Shown here in pieces: positions 27,226 to 41,575 of a DNA stretch of 64,000 nucleotides (the stretch's first letter is position 1; each line of letters starts with the position of its first letter). The DNA lies in NCBI GenBank assembly GCA_964016885.1, contig OZ024743.1, forward strand, positions 38,192,001 through 38,256,000. Reading direction: 5' to 3'. The notes beneath the pieces were generated by a model that had not been told where the DNA came from, searched no databases, and saw only the letters and a program-made list of their open reading frames with translations. The stretch comes from Eledone cirrhosa (taxonomy: Eukaryota). Position numbers and translations under genes: made by a program.

Positions 27226-29017
27226 TAGTACTACCAGGAATATTTCCTAGGTAGTACTGAATCTGCTAAATTGTTCTATTAGACAAATATTTTCTCAGTT
27301 TTTAGCAAATCTTCTATCCATGTTTTCCGGCAGTTTTGAAACGCAATTGTTAAAACACATATTGACAAAATTGAAATGACGTGTATTGGAGGCCAATAGA
27401 CAATAGGCCTCAAAGAGTTTCTTCCGATCAAACCACTAAAAACATTAATCAAACATGATAGATTGCTCTTCTGTGAGAAGAAAAGCATTTCTGATGTATC
27501 AGGTATATAACCAAACATAGTTTAACCATAGCATTGTCATCTATGTATAAATCTGTATTGTCGTTGATAAAGCAGAGAATAACATAGTAAACCCATGACA
27601 GATTCTATTTTCCTTATGGATACTTTCTAACACCAACCTGTTTAGTCGCCTTTCTCAACACTCATTCATGCAGCGTATTTATTCTAAACTACTTAGAAAT
27701 ACGTAGATCTATATCACCTTTCATGATTTGCGTGTATTTAAAAAAATAGGAGTTGAGTTAAGAGTGGCATGTCTGTTATTATCCGCAATACAGAAACGCC
27801 GTGGAGTTTTCTTGCTAACATGTACGTTCCTATCTTACAGCCTGGCTTAATACGATAGTTTGTTAATGCGAAAGTGATTGGCCAACTTCTGTATTTTCCT
27901 GAAAACATTACAACATCCTCAATATAAGCGTAACTGTGTTCTGTGTCAGACAACCTACTGCTATAAAGCTTTGATATTCTATAAAAAAACATTAACATAA
28001 TGTGTCTCAAGTAGTGTACACGTCAGGCCATATGATGGATGAATGAATATATTAAATACATTTTCCTCGGGGAGAGCATGTTGACAGCTTTCTATTGATA
28101 TATTACTCAAATATAAACTTAGCTTAATGTATTCCACTGCATACTATATCATTAAGCTACACACAGTTCGGTTGACACGATGGTGATATAGATCAATATA
28201 TGTATTTCGTTTTTACATTCCAGGAATGAATTATGTTTAAAAAAGTAAAAAGTGACGCGCATTCGTCATGCTTTTGACATGGCATTACCGTATCCATTTG
28301 CTGAACAGGATGCAAGAAGAAGAATAAACTATATATGTATTGTATCAATCAGATGGCGTTAGTTCTCTTTGGGTCCAGGTCATATCTGATATAATAAATC
28401 TAAGATGAAATGGGTTCTAGTCCTGTGTAGACCATCTTTTATTCAGACAAATTGTAACTAAGACTATATTATCGAAGATATTTTATATAAATGGGTTTGA
28501 TTTTCGCATGAATTGCTTGCTATTTTGAGAAAGAAATTTGACCACAATTGATGATGCATCGTTACTTGGTAACGTGGTAGTTCAGAGAAAGGTTGAATAC
28601 ATAATTTCAGGTCTCAATAATATGTTGTGTGTTACAGATTGAAGAAAGAGAAAATGAGAGAACATCCTTGATATCCATATGCCATTCAATAGTTCACCAG
28701 TCGGGATATCACTATGGTTATATCTCAATTCGACCCTCTGTACGAGTAACTACGAAAACTATAGGTTGTAATTCTTATTGTTCAGGGTCAGTGCAGGATA
28801 TGGGTGCATGGGACAGTAGACGAATAACATGAGTATAAAAGAGATAGCATGATTGATATTTAGGCAAAGCTGTAATGAATTACTTTTATATGAATACTTC
28901 ACAAGGATACAATATTATGTAACTTATCAAAGAATAGTATGTCAAATGAAATAATAAACATAAACGAGGTTTTAATAGAGCAGGTAGAATAATTTACTTT
29001 AATAATTCACGAATATA

Positions 29018-29205
29018 ATTGTTTCTACGTTTTGGCACAAGGCCAGCAATTGTCCCAGTGTATTACTGGTACTTTATTTTATCGAGCCCGTAAGGATGAA
29101 AGGCAAAGTTAACCTCGGCGGGATTTGCATTCAGATCATAAAGGGCCGTAAGACTTTGCTGCAAAGCATGGCGTCCGACCCCTACAGATACTGCCAATCC
29201 ACCGT
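29018..29205 (-). mobile_element. Nin/Deu-domain SINE (short variant)
   Basis: Close to the 25296 copy. Confidence 0.8.
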
Positions 29206-31877
29206 AAGTCAAACACGAGAAAAAAAAATTAATAGTGCATACAATACACAACTGAATATACAATATAGAACGTACACAATGGTTATATACCTCTTGCAGG
29301 TTATGGGTTCTTTCCACGTACTGTCATGTGATTACAGCCAGAACTCTTAATACACTGATAGGTGTATTTAATAGATATCATATTGTATTACTGCTCACAT
29401 GGAAAAGAAAAAAAAAAGAAAAAGCGAAACAAAAATAGGGATTATCCAATCAATATTGTGCATTTCAAATATCACCGATAGTTCATGAATATGAGTGGGA
29501 AGTATTTGTCGAGGAGTCTGAGTGTAATACAAGGGACACCTCTCTGTTACCTTTACTTTATCAGGTTCGAGTGTGTAAAGAAGCCTTTCTCACTATGTAT
29601 AAGAGTGGAATGTAGTGGATAAGAACGTTTTTTAGTGGATGTATTGTTGTGGTATATAAAGCAAGTAGCATATGCACATATTTTGTTATTTAATCTCCTT
29701 GAGTAAGCAGAACGGAGATGATCAAGTTCTGTTTGAATAAACCACGCTAGAATAAATTATTCAAAATTAGATGTTCATGCATCATTCCAATTGCTGATCA
29801 TTTTCCTGAAGATCTTACCGTAGTGAGTACATGTATTCAAGATACATTGATAGGTAAGCTGTATATAGCTCGATATCCTATGAAGATTTATTTCTAAATT
29901 ACGGGAGCGGAAGTTCTTCACACGTGTCATTTAGAAATTAGGTGGAGTTTCGTTGTGTCATCTTCGGGCCAATATATTTTTTATCAATCAACTCTCAAAC
30001 CGAGTTGTCTGGGCTAGACCAGAAATGAAGCATGTTCGATGTAAATTCAAAGAAGTGTAGAACGGTTATATGGAGTGAATATCTAGATTGATAGTTCTAG
30101 AGGCATTGGAAGCAGGGAAAATACACGACAAATGTTGCCTGAGTTAGGTATAATTGTTAGTTTATCTTATTTGACGTAGATGTATTTAATGAAAGAAAAT
30201 TGTTGGTAGGGAACAACTGCAATTTAAAGGGGGTCTTTGGAAGATCGTTGGGTGAGTTTAGTGAAAATGGAAATAATACTCTCAAGCAAATTAACATTTT
30301 ATTGACGCTAGAAATGTCAGTGAGGATATTCACTGTATTTATAATATTTGCAGTCTACTTTGCAATCAATGGCCGATGTCTCGAACTATAGCAATATATA
30401 TGAGTACGCAAAGAAAAATAATTGACTTTTATCAGTAGTATTTACGTTTGCTTCGGCAAAACAATTATCAGAAATGTCCATAGAGTCACCAATAAAACAA
30501 CGTAAACAAACGCACTCAATCAAATTCTCTCGTTTTCTGACAGCTACTTAAGACTGATTGAGAGATTTTAACTTCGAAAAATTGCTAGATACTGATAAAT
30601 AAATTATAAATTACGATTCTGTAGAGACAAATGAGAAGTCTCTTGTATATAATCATATATTCACACCAGCGATAACTGAAAACAGACATATGCAGTTTCA
30701 TACTTTCCTCGTACGTTCACATATCACATACACAATCACGTAAACGCCAGAAACTCATATAAAAATGTGTTCCCACAGCGTTATATATGATCACATAAAT
30801 ATATATCTTAAATTGAATACACACACACTAACGCACAAATACGTGAAATCGCAAACACATAATATATATATATACATAATATATACAGGTGTGTGTCTGT
30901 GTGTGTGTGTCTCTGTGTGTATGTGTGTGTATGTATGTGTGTGCGTCTGTGTGTGTGTGTGTGTGTATGTGTGTGTTGTTTGTATGTGTATCAGGTAGCT
31001 CGATGGAATGTCACCTTTCCTGAGACAACGCATCTGATGTAACACATATTAAATAGCTCGTGCAACATGCATATATAATATCCAGCCATCCTAACTGAAA
31101 TACATAGCAACGGTGAATAAATGTATCATACGTTAGAAAAGCAGTATTAGAAATGTGTATGTTTGTCTGCCTTCTTGTAATTGTTGGTATCGAAATACTG
31201 TTTCAATAATATATATTAAATGTACGTATGTTGTAAGGGTGCACTGAGGAACAATATAACATGTGATTTACATGTAATCACCGTTCTTAGATATATGAAA
31301 ATTGAAATTTGAGATATCTACAGATTAGCTTACTCTCAGTGATCCTAATAGAACGCTTATTATACGAACAATCTTATATACTAGCTTCTAGAACACACAC
31401 ACACACATACACACACACACACGCACACGCACGCACACACACATGTTGAATTGTATATATCTATGTATTACTCTTTTTGTCTCTATGCATTCCTATCTAT
31501 CTGTCACCAACTACAGAAAGCATTCTCCAAGGGAGATGAGCTGGATTTGTCTAGTATTTCATAAATACATGGCAACTCACATCAACCATTGCTTCCTACG
31601 TTCGTCGTCACTACGCTCAACCCAACCTATCATACATGCCAAAACATTCCTCATAATTAAACCACCAATCAAAGCAACATAAACCGTCCAACATATGAAC
31701 GTGAGACATCTATATGTCATGTATATTCATTCTGTCATTACTACAACAGACGTCCGACGAGCTTTTGATTCCAGAGTGGGGCCGGATCGATAGAGATCGA
31801 ACCTTGAACTGATGAATAGCGAATCGGGCGTCACCAAACAATAAAAGTAATGAAGGCTTAACTACTCGTCCTCGTAT

Positions 31878-32078
31878 TATGAATTGGCAGTATCTGAAGA
31901 GGGTCGGACGCCATGCTTTGACGCATAGAGTTACGGCCCATACCATTCTGAGTTCAAATCCCGCCGTGGTAAACTTTGCGCTTCATCCTTACGGAGTCGA
32001 TAAAATAAAGTACCAGTAACACAATTGAGCCGATTTAATCGACTTTCCCCTCCGACCAAATTACTGGCCTTGTGCCAA
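31878..32078 (+). mobile_element. Nin/Deu-domain SINE
   Basis: Similar to the 17714 copy. Confidence 0.8.
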
Positions 32079-32289
32079 TACTTGAAATCCTTATATGGTC
32101 TCACTCTACGAGTAGGTAACAGATTGGTGAAAAAAATAGATATGTATATAAATATAAGAAATACATAAATATTTAGAAATAAAGGCTTAAGTTTAAACAT
32201 CTACATACACACACATATTTACAATCACTCGCAAATTTACATACATTTTCTCGCACAGAAACACATATATAAATATATATGTATATATG

Positions 32290-32339
<50 letters not shown>

Positions 32340-32586
32340 AATGTTATATTTAATTTGTTGGAATTCAACAAACTTAAAAGTGTTATAACTGATATAAAGC
32401 ACTCAACAATTTGGTGGAGTAAATATTAATTGTATTAATAAATGGAAAATATATTTATAAAACCATAATTATTTTATTATATATATTTCAAGGGCAACCA
32501 AGGCAAAATATATATAATAAAATAATTATGATTTTATAAATATATTTTCCATTTATTAATATGATGTTTATATATATATGTATGCT

Positions 32587-32672
<86 letters not shown>

Positions 32673-32686
32673 TGTGAGTGTGTGTA

Positions 32687-32729
<43 letters not shown>

Positions 32730-33871
32730 GTGTATTTGTGTATGAGTGTGCACGACTGTATAGTCACAGATACACGTACACGCGTGCACAAACACACACA
32801 CGCACACACACATACACACACATATATATATACCGGATGCGGATGTATACCTGCAGCTGGTATCCTCGTCAATCCAAATAGTACATTGATGATTTAAGGA
32901 AAAATGTAAGAAAAGGTAAGAATTAAATCCTCAAGGTATTGTTTGTCTCCACCGGATTGACCGGGATGCCAACTGTAGGATTGCTTAATTTTTACATTTG
33001 TTATAGTAGATACTTTAAATAGTACCTGTAGTTCACGACATGAGGCCAGTAATTTCCATGGGGAGTCATAACAAGTTAATATCCAGCTCTGAACCCGATC
33101 CCTAATACGAATATACACTTTACCACTCAGGTATTTTTCTAAGCATATTGACTGTTGTCTAGTTCTCTGGACTCCTAACTTTTAACTTTTAAAGTCTGAG
33201 ATTTTTAATTTTTTTTTTCGTTTTTTGTTTTTCTGGATGTGAAAGTTTAAATATTTTCTATTATAAGTTATTTTAACCATAGCAGTAGGTAACTTTCTCA
33301 CATTGAGGTTGATGATCTGTATATTATCCCGCCATAAACGAATAGCGGGTACGAATGCACTAAAATCCTATTGTTTACCAAAGCTGGCAGTAAATAAATT
33401 TTGGCCGGTTTGAAACCCCGCTGAAGATATCGAGTTGTTGGCGGATGAGGTGGGGGACTGGTAGCTAGAGAAAACAAATAAGTTTGGTGGTGTTCCCGAT
33501 TGTAGTTTAGTATTCAGTCACCCACACCTCTGCGATTAAGCAGTGCTGTCGAGATGATCTGAAAATTAAAAGATAGTGGACACTCAAAGCAAAAACACAC
33601 ATTTTTTTAGTGCGCTCCCTTCCACATAAAATTGCCTCATAAATGTTACATTTTAATCAACTTTTGCAGTCTTTAGAAATCACGATATCTATCGTCATCG
33701 AAATATGTATAAAGGGTCAATTAATAAAGGACCCTAACATCTTCAACTAGGCATTTTCCTCATTGCTGGCCTTGTGCCAAAAGTAGAAACAATTATATAT
33801 ATATACATACATATATATATATATATATGTGTGTGTATGTGTGTGTGTATGTGTGTGTGTGTGTGTGCGTG

Positions 33872-33951
<80 letters not shown>

Positions 33952-34089
33952 GAAAGTGAGGTTTCTTTACAAGATGAAGAAAACCGAGGTGTCCTACACG
34001 AGTGAAAGTATAAGGAAAAAAGATGAAATCGAAAATGCAACTGGCGTCTTTTTTTTTCTTTTTTTATAAAAATCTATATTTATTTGGTT

Positions 34090-34126
34090 CCTTTACCGGT
34101 TTCGCAGTTCTTCTGCTTTTCAAAGG
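34090..34126 (-). ncRNA. Minimal hammerhead ribozyme, U3:A8 core
   Basis: Reverse complement: cct-TTGAAAA-gcag aagaa ctgc-GAAA-ccgg-TA-aagg. Confidence 0.65.
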
Positions 34127-35099
34127 TAGAATTGAGATGGAGGGTTTGTGGTTTTTCTCACCTCTGGTTGCTGTTTGAATGTTAGTTCTATTTTATATGG
34201 AAAAAAGTGGCTCGAAATGCTAGGTTTTTAGAGAAGTAATTTGGTTGGTAGGTTAATAAGTATAATACATTTCGCGCCAGTTTGCGTTACAAAGTTCTTA
34301 TTATATTTGCCTTAAAAAAAAGTGGGGGAGGGGGGGGGGGGGCTTAGGTTGTTTTTTCATATATGAGTGAAGTTTGGTTGGTTGATGCAGGCACGTCAAT
34401 AAGCACATCAGCTTTCGCGCCAGTTTGTGTTTGAATTTCTTTTAACTTAAAAAAAGGTGGCTCACGAACCCTTTTTTTTTATAAGTGTAATTTGATTGGT
34501 TATAAATTAAATTAATACTGTCACGTGAACAGCAACATTAAATTCGCGCCCGTATTTTTGAATTTTTTTGTAGCCATTTAGAGAATTTTGTGCCAAACAA
34601 AATATAATGGTCAAGAAAAACGGGATGTGGAGAATTGTTCTGGTTCAGTGAATATGGCTTGTGTGCTGGTGTGTAAAAATTCAGACTTTTTATTGAAATA
34701 AAGAAAGTAGAGATATGTATATTTATTTGTTTGCTGGTGTGTGTGTGTGTGTAGGAAGATGATTCTATTAGTAGAAATGGGGGAGAGAGTTGTGTGTGTG
34801 TGTGTTTGTGTGTATGTGTGTATGTGTGTGTGTAGGAAAATGATTCCGTTAGTAGAAATGGGGGATGGAGTTATGTGTGTATGGGGTGTGTGGTTAGCAT
34901 GTTAAGGTGTTAGAGTATTAACGTATGTTAAGGTTTATTTAGTTCTGGTTTTTATTTTCTAAAATAGAAGGTGTTATGTGTGTGTGTATGTATGTGTCTC
35001 TTTGGATGGTTAGCATGTTATGGTGTTGACATAATGTATATTAAACTGTATTTAATGCTGGTCTATATTTTTGAATAAACATATGTTCCTTATTTATTC

Positions 35100-35286
35100 G
35101 TATTTGTTCTTTTGTATTGTCAGCGCAAAGATGAAATGGGAAGACTTGGAATTTGGGTGTCTTATTATTTGTGCATATGTCTAGATGTACACTGAGTGGT
35201 ATCTGTCTAGTGGTCGGATCTCGTAATTGTTAGCGATGAACTGTCATTCTATTTCTGAGTGTGAGTTTAGTTTGTCCTACATAACC
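35100..35286 (-). pseudogene. PLE GIY-YIG fragment (absent from the ORF track)
   Basis: Manual translation: GYVGQTKLTLRNRMTVHR*QLRDPTTRQIPLSVHLDICA. Confidence 0.75.
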
Positions 35287-35646
35287 AATTAAATTATATT
35301 TATAAAAAAAAGCCTTCGTGAGCCACCTTTTTTTATGTAAAAAGAAATTCAAACACAAACTGGCGCGAAAGCTGATATGCTTATTCACTTGAATGCATCA
35401 ACCAACCAAACTTCACTCATATATGAAAAGAAACCTGAGCCCGCCCCCCTTTTGTTTGAAGGCACATATAATAAGAACGTTGTAACGCAAACTGGCGCGA
35501 AATTTATTATACTTATTCACCAACCAACCAAATTACTTCTCTAAAAACCTAGCATTTCGAGCCACTTTTTTCCATATGAAACAGAAGTAACATTCAAACA
35601 CTTACTAGATGTGAGAACAAACCACAAACCCTCCACCTCAACTCTA

Positions 35647-35683
35647 CTTTTGAAAAGCAGAAGAACTGCGAAACCGGTAAAGG
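35647..35683 (+). ncRNA. Minimal hammerhead ribozyme, U3:A8 core
   Basis: ctt-TTGAAAA(35650-35656)-gcag aagaa ctgc-GAAA-ccgg-TA-aag; AATAAA follows. Confidence 0.75.
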
Positions 35684-36989
35684 AACCAAATAAATATATA
35701 TTTTTTATAAAAAAAAGACTCCAGTTGCATTTTCGATTTCATCTTTTTTCCTTATATATATACTCTGGGCGTTTCATAGATTTTGCCGATACTCATTCAG
35801 GTGTTTGTTAAACAGAACTTCCATCACCTGAATTAAGTTGAAAGTTGTCGAGTATAAATTCATGTGCCTTTCAAAAATTACTCAGACTGTAACAACTTAT
35901 TTGACAAGGTTGGGCATTTAAAGTGCTGGGGTTGTAGGGTCAATCCATCTGACGAGTTTCCATAGATTTTCACTCGATCCAGTAAAAACACTTGCTTCAG
36001 GTGCCACAGTGTGTGGACTAATCCGTGACTGCGAAGCGGATTTCGTAATGACTCGGCCATACATATCCCAATTTATATACACAATATATATATAATTACA
36101 CAGTTATTCTTCCGCTATACATGCATTGTTGGGGATTACAAAAAAGTAACATCTCGACCATCATATAACATAGTGTTCGTTTTCATTTTTCGCTTCCATA
36201 AATATGTCTTTTATATGAAACAATATTTACCTTTTTGAACATCACATCATTTCCGTTTCCATGTAGCAATACTTCTGGTATTTTCAATGTAAGCTGCATG
36301 AAGACGCATTATTATTACTTTTTTTTGTTAACAAATAGTATCTGAAATAAACATATATTAAATTTATCTCGATAACATTGCCTGAAATGATATTAATTTT
36401 CGTGTTTTATTTTAACATATATCTAAATATATAGCGCATATTACTGCCTTTTTTTAGTTTGATTGTGAAAAATAATCTTTAGAAATAAATTGAAAGTACA
36501 TTCTCGAAGGCAAATTTTAGAAAGTAATAATGAAAAAATCTCGTAATTTATTTTTCTAGATCTATATAACAATTTTTTCCTTTTCCATACTTAATGTCAT
36601 AGTTCATGTAGCAACAAATATTATTTATATACATATATGCTTTATTATGTGATGTTTCATGAAATTTACATGCTTTTCAAGCTATTCGAAAAAGTATATT
36701 ATCATGGCTATTACCTGCTTATAAAACATATCTGGCCATAACTATGTAAATGACTCGGTATTCGCCATTTATTTATAAAAGTATTTACGCATGAATCTAT
36801 ATTCGAAGGAGTGTTTAACAAAGATATCAATAAGCTTGAAGCTTGAGGTAACATATAAATGTAATAAAAATAATCATGCAAGCTAACCGGATTAAACATA
36901 AAAAATAAGATATCAGAAGGACATTTGGGACCTAGTGTTTAGAAACCACACTAAATCAATACATAATATTATAGTGGAAATAAAATCCT

Positions 36990-38360
36990 TACATCAGCCG
37001 TAGGCTAATCCTAGTGACCTCTCTCCAGCCCAACCATTTGATAAAATAGATGTTTATAATACCAACTGGGATGCAATTATGAACGAGCTATCACATCTTG
37101 ACTGGTCTTTTTACAAGTACACAAACTAAATTAGTGCCAACAGCAACATACACAATTGGCGCTATCCCACTGCTCGAATGAAATAAATAATAACCCCCAA
37201 CAATGCATGAAGAATAGTTGAGGAGAAATGGGCCATTGAGAAAATCAAACTCAACCCTAAAGTTTTCTTTTCATTTGCGAAAGAACACAAGGTCACTGTC
37301 TCTACTGTTGGTCCTCTAATTGATGAAACTGGCACTCTCCAAGATAATGCCAAAACGATGAGTGAAATACTGCAGAAAAAATACTGCTCTGTTTTTAGCA
37401 ACCCTGTGAGGCTGATATGGCCTGTATCAGTGATGTCATTCGCCAACACACTATATCGGACCCGTTTTGGCGCCCCTGATGTCTTAGCGGCAATAAACGA
37501 AATTAAACACACTTCAGCAGTAGGCCCCGACAGGTTCCATGCTTGTGTCCTGAAGGTGTGTCGACACCAACTTGCACCTCCCCTTGCTAATCTGAGAAGG
37601 AACTCACTGGATGTTGGCTATATTGCTGAAAACTTCCTGTCCCAGTCAGTTGTCCCAGTTTTCAAAAAGGGAAATAAGTTCCTTGTACTGAACTACCGTC
37701 CGATCTCACTCACATCTCATATCATCAAGGTATTTGAAATGGTGGTGAGATCACGAATGACCCACTCTCTTGAAAACAACAAACTGCTGAACTCCAACCA
37801 ACATGGGTTCCGTAATGGAAGGGACTGCCTAACGTAGCTCCTGCATCACTTTGATGACATTTTGAGAGCTTTCAGAGAGGGCTCCAACACTGATGTCATC
37901 TACCTTGATTTAAGCAGGGTTCGACAGGGTTGATCACAAGATTCTATTGAAAATACTCTCCAACATTGGTGTCTCTGGAAAGTTACTACAGTGGATCACG
38001 TTTTCCTGACAGACAGTGCCCAACATGTTGTAGTCGAAGGAGTAAAATCAAGCCCAGCCAAAATCAGTAGTGGCGTTCCGCAATGAACTCAGTTGGGTTC
38101 ACTTCTTTTCATCATCTACATTGACATTATTGACATCATCAAGCACAGCAACATGAGAATATTTCCAAGCTCCAGAGATTTATCAATGGAGTGGTTGACT
38201 GGACATGCCTTCAGTCAGACCTACTGGCTGTCATCCAATGGGCGCAAAAGAACAATCTTCTGCTGAAAGAGGATATATTTGAGTTAATCCACTTTAGAAA
38301 AGAGTATGCCAAGAAACTCGCTTACTCACTTCCTTCAGGTGAAACTCTCGTGGCATCCAT
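36990..38360 (+). mobile_element. CR1-clade LINE fragment (decayed RT)
   Basis: NPKVFFSFAK..VGPLID; SAVGPD; VVPVFKKGNK..NYRPISLTSHIIKVFE; QHGFRNGRDCLT; DVIYLD; stops and frameshifts. Confidence 0.85.
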
Positions 38361-38514
38361 AGAAAATTTTTTGCTATAATGTTGCCTAACAACCCCATTA
38401 AGGATTTACTCCATCCTTCTCATCTCCAATCTCCCACTTATTATCCTGTATCTCTACTGTTCTGGTGACTAAGCTTGTTAGAGCTTATATCCAAAACTAT
38501 ATTTTTGTTTATAA

Positions 38515-38561
38515 TGCTCTGATGATACCTGCCCCACGGTATGGATGAAACATTGTCAGCA
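38515..38561 (+). ncRNA. Minimal hammerhead ribozyme
   Basis: tgct-CTGATGA-tacc tgccccac ggta tggat-GAAA-cattg-TC-agca, then AATAAA. Confidence 0.75.
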
Positions 38562-38602
38562 AATAAAAATTGTTTGAGTATATAGGCGTTCTTTGATTTA
38601 TT

Positions 38603-38715
<113 letters not shown>

Positions 38716-38876
38716 ATATATAAGAAAAGGGAAGTAAGCTTCTATACAAATTTGGAGCAAAATTTGTAGCAAGAACAAGAAGGATGGAAGAAAAGTTACT
38801 CCATCATATGATTTTAATTTTAAATCCTTAATTTTTAGTTTTTAACTCCTATTAATTCTTATTCATTTTTTATTTC

Positions 38877-38920
38877 AATTTGATAAGATGAATTTTAATA
38901 ATACATCGAAACCAGTAACA
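38877..38920 (+). ncRNA. Probable decayed hammerhead, U3:A8 core
   Basis: TTGATAA-gatg..catc-GAAA-ccag-TA; stem I is poor. Confidence 0.45.
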
Positions 38921-39120
38921 CTTTATATACTTTATAAAAATCATAAACCTTTTTTTTTTTAAGAATTGACCCTCTCATTTTTTCAATAATGTCATCTTTT
39001 CAATAATGTCACTTTGACGAATCAAAGAAAGGATTAAAAAAGTAAAACAGACCCTTAAATATATTTCCTGTGCTATTTCCAACTTAAACTTTTCTCTCTC
39101 TCTCTCTATATATATAGAAT

Positions 39121-39310
39121 AATTGTTTCTATTTTTAGGCACAAGGCCAGCAACAATTACCCAGTACATTACTGGTAGTTTATTTTATCGACCCCGTAAG
39201 GATGAAAGGCAAAGTTAACCTCGGCGAGATTTGAACTCAGGTCATAAAGGGACGTAACTCTATGTCTCAAAGCATCGTGTCCGACTCTCTACCGATACTG
39301 AAAATCCACT
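39121..39310 (-). mobile_element. Nin/Deu-domain SINE (short variant)
   Basis: Close to the 25296 copy. Confidence 0.8.
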
Positions 39311-39571
39311 ATATATACATAGAATAATGAGAAAAGGTCACCGCAAGGATAACTGCCCCAAACAGCGAAATCCTGTCAAAGACGGCGTCGGATTAAAACA
39401 ATGTAAAGGACATGAATAAAGAACTAGAAATGTGATGACCCGCAGAAGTGATAGGGAAAGAGGAGCAAATGAAGAAAATTGAGAAAATGAAAATGAACGA
39501 GGCAAAACCATACAAACATGAACATGTACAAACCTTATGAACAGACAGCATTTCGTAGTGTGTGTGTATGT

Positions 39572-39628
<57 letters not shown>

Positions 39629-41029
39629 TGTGTGTGTCTGTGTGTATCTGAGTGTGTATGCGCGTGAGTTGTTACTGTGCGCACGCCTCCAGACTTCTTT
39701 CTATTCATATTTACCTGTCTTTTATTCTCTTCCCCACACTCTATAGAACTTGAACCCGGCAACGAACTGACTAACATATTGGCTCTTATATATTAGACGT
39801 GACCGATTTATTGAGGTTTATAATGCTTTGGAAATGTTAGTGTACACTGGGGTGGGGTGTCATGTAACTCTTATTTTGATGTGAGTTTTGTGTATATTTA
39901 ATAAGTATTTTGGTTACAGTTTATTTGCATTTTGTAATTGTGTTTATCTATAGAGGCCAACTGTCTAAGTGTTTGAGCATTGGAAAACTACTTTGTCGTA
40001 TTAGTTCCTACTCGCAGCCTTCTTAGCTTTAATCTCATCACCTTCATCTCTCACTGTCATCCTTCCTGCAAAATACCACTCCAACAACGGTAGATTAACA
40101 GAAATGTTCAAGTATATTAACTGGCTCCGAGTTGAAAAGATGCTTCTTGTTATCGAAAAAGCATTTACGCTTCTGTCAGTAGTTTTAACCGAGTAAATAC
40201 AAAAGGAGGTATAATGTTCTTTGCCCGATCTGAAATATCATCTTCCTTCTGTTTCTTTCTTTCTGCTATGTTTTTATTTTATTTTAGAACTATTATTGAT
40301 GAATAGGGTTTGCCCGTTTATTTATCTAGCGTCCCCTATATGAAGCTGGATCTAAGCTTTCTTCCTATTAGGAACTTCCTATCCGACATTTCATCAGTTT
40401 ATTAATTTAATATCCCCTTGTCAGTAGAGACATTTGTTCATACATTTGTTGTATAACCATGTGAATGATAAGAGACCATACCTAAGAGGTTTATTTGCCC
40501 TGGAATTGATTTTGAATTGTTTCATAAAATCGATTTTTACATGTTTTCGTGTGGAATCTGACCCATCGTGTATTATTCCATTCGCTTATTCATACTGATA
40601 GCATATCTTCGCATCTTCCAGTGTATTCCTTAAGATAAGCATATCTTGATTTGTTCATAGATTGTATACGACTTACAATATCATAGGTGAAAATTGTGTC
40701 TAAGATGCCCCAACATTGATAGTATGTAGAAAACCTTAACCATAAGCTCTGCTGCTTATATAACATATATTGGTAGTGCAGAAAATCTAAGAATGCTGTA
40801 TAGGTTAAGAAGAATTTATTTAGTATAGGGTAAGAACATTTTATTTCGCCAGAATAGTGAATCATATTAGCAATCAGTGTTTGTATGTATAGTTGGCAGG
40901 TGTGACAACAGATTATCTGAATATTCCAATATATATATATATATGTCATATTTTTATGATATTGCCAGAAATGATAATAAAATACAGTGCCTATTTGTCT
41001 GGGATTGGTTTTATTATTATTTCTGAGGG

Positions 41030-41290
41030 TAATATTATTATCATATTGCCAGAAATAATAATTGTTTCTACTTTGGCACAAGGTCAGTAATTCACCAGTG
41101 CATTACTGGTACTTTATTTTATCGACCCCGTAATGATGAAAGCAAAGTTAATCCCGCCGAGGTTAACTTTGCCTTTCATCTTTACGGCGTCGATAAAATA
41201 AAGTACCAGTAATGCACTGGGTAATTGCGGGCCTTGTGCCAAATGTAGAAACAATTATTATTTCTGGCAATAGGATAACAATATGACCCA
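41030..41290. mobile_element. Head-to-head palindrome of Nin/Deu SINE 3' halves
   Basis: About 120-bp inverted arms centred on cccgccga (~41153-41160). Confidence 0.8.
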
Positions 41291-41351
41291 CCCCAAATAT
41301 AACAATGTCTGTTTCAACACACAATTTCATATCAAAAACCTTGCGAAACAA

Positions 41352-41426
<75 letters not shown>

Positions 41427-41575
41427 CCCCATATATATATATATGTCGGAGATGAGTTTATTGTAGAACAATAAAGCAATGCAAATATCGGATATACTTT
41501 TAAATTTATTTATCATGTGTTTACTAGACACTACCTTGTTCACAAGTATTTTTTTAGGCATCATATCATGTCTCC

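Larger units (their letters stand above)
34005..35760 (-). mobile_element. 5'-truncated Penelope-like element with inverted pLTRs
   Basis: About 500-bp inverted arms 34005-34510 / 35281-35760, each with an HHR; GIY-YIG remnant between them. Confidence 0.8.

Noticed and set aside
35878-36060. 60-aa ORF in unique sequence
   Set aside because: No recognisable domain or supporting exon structure.
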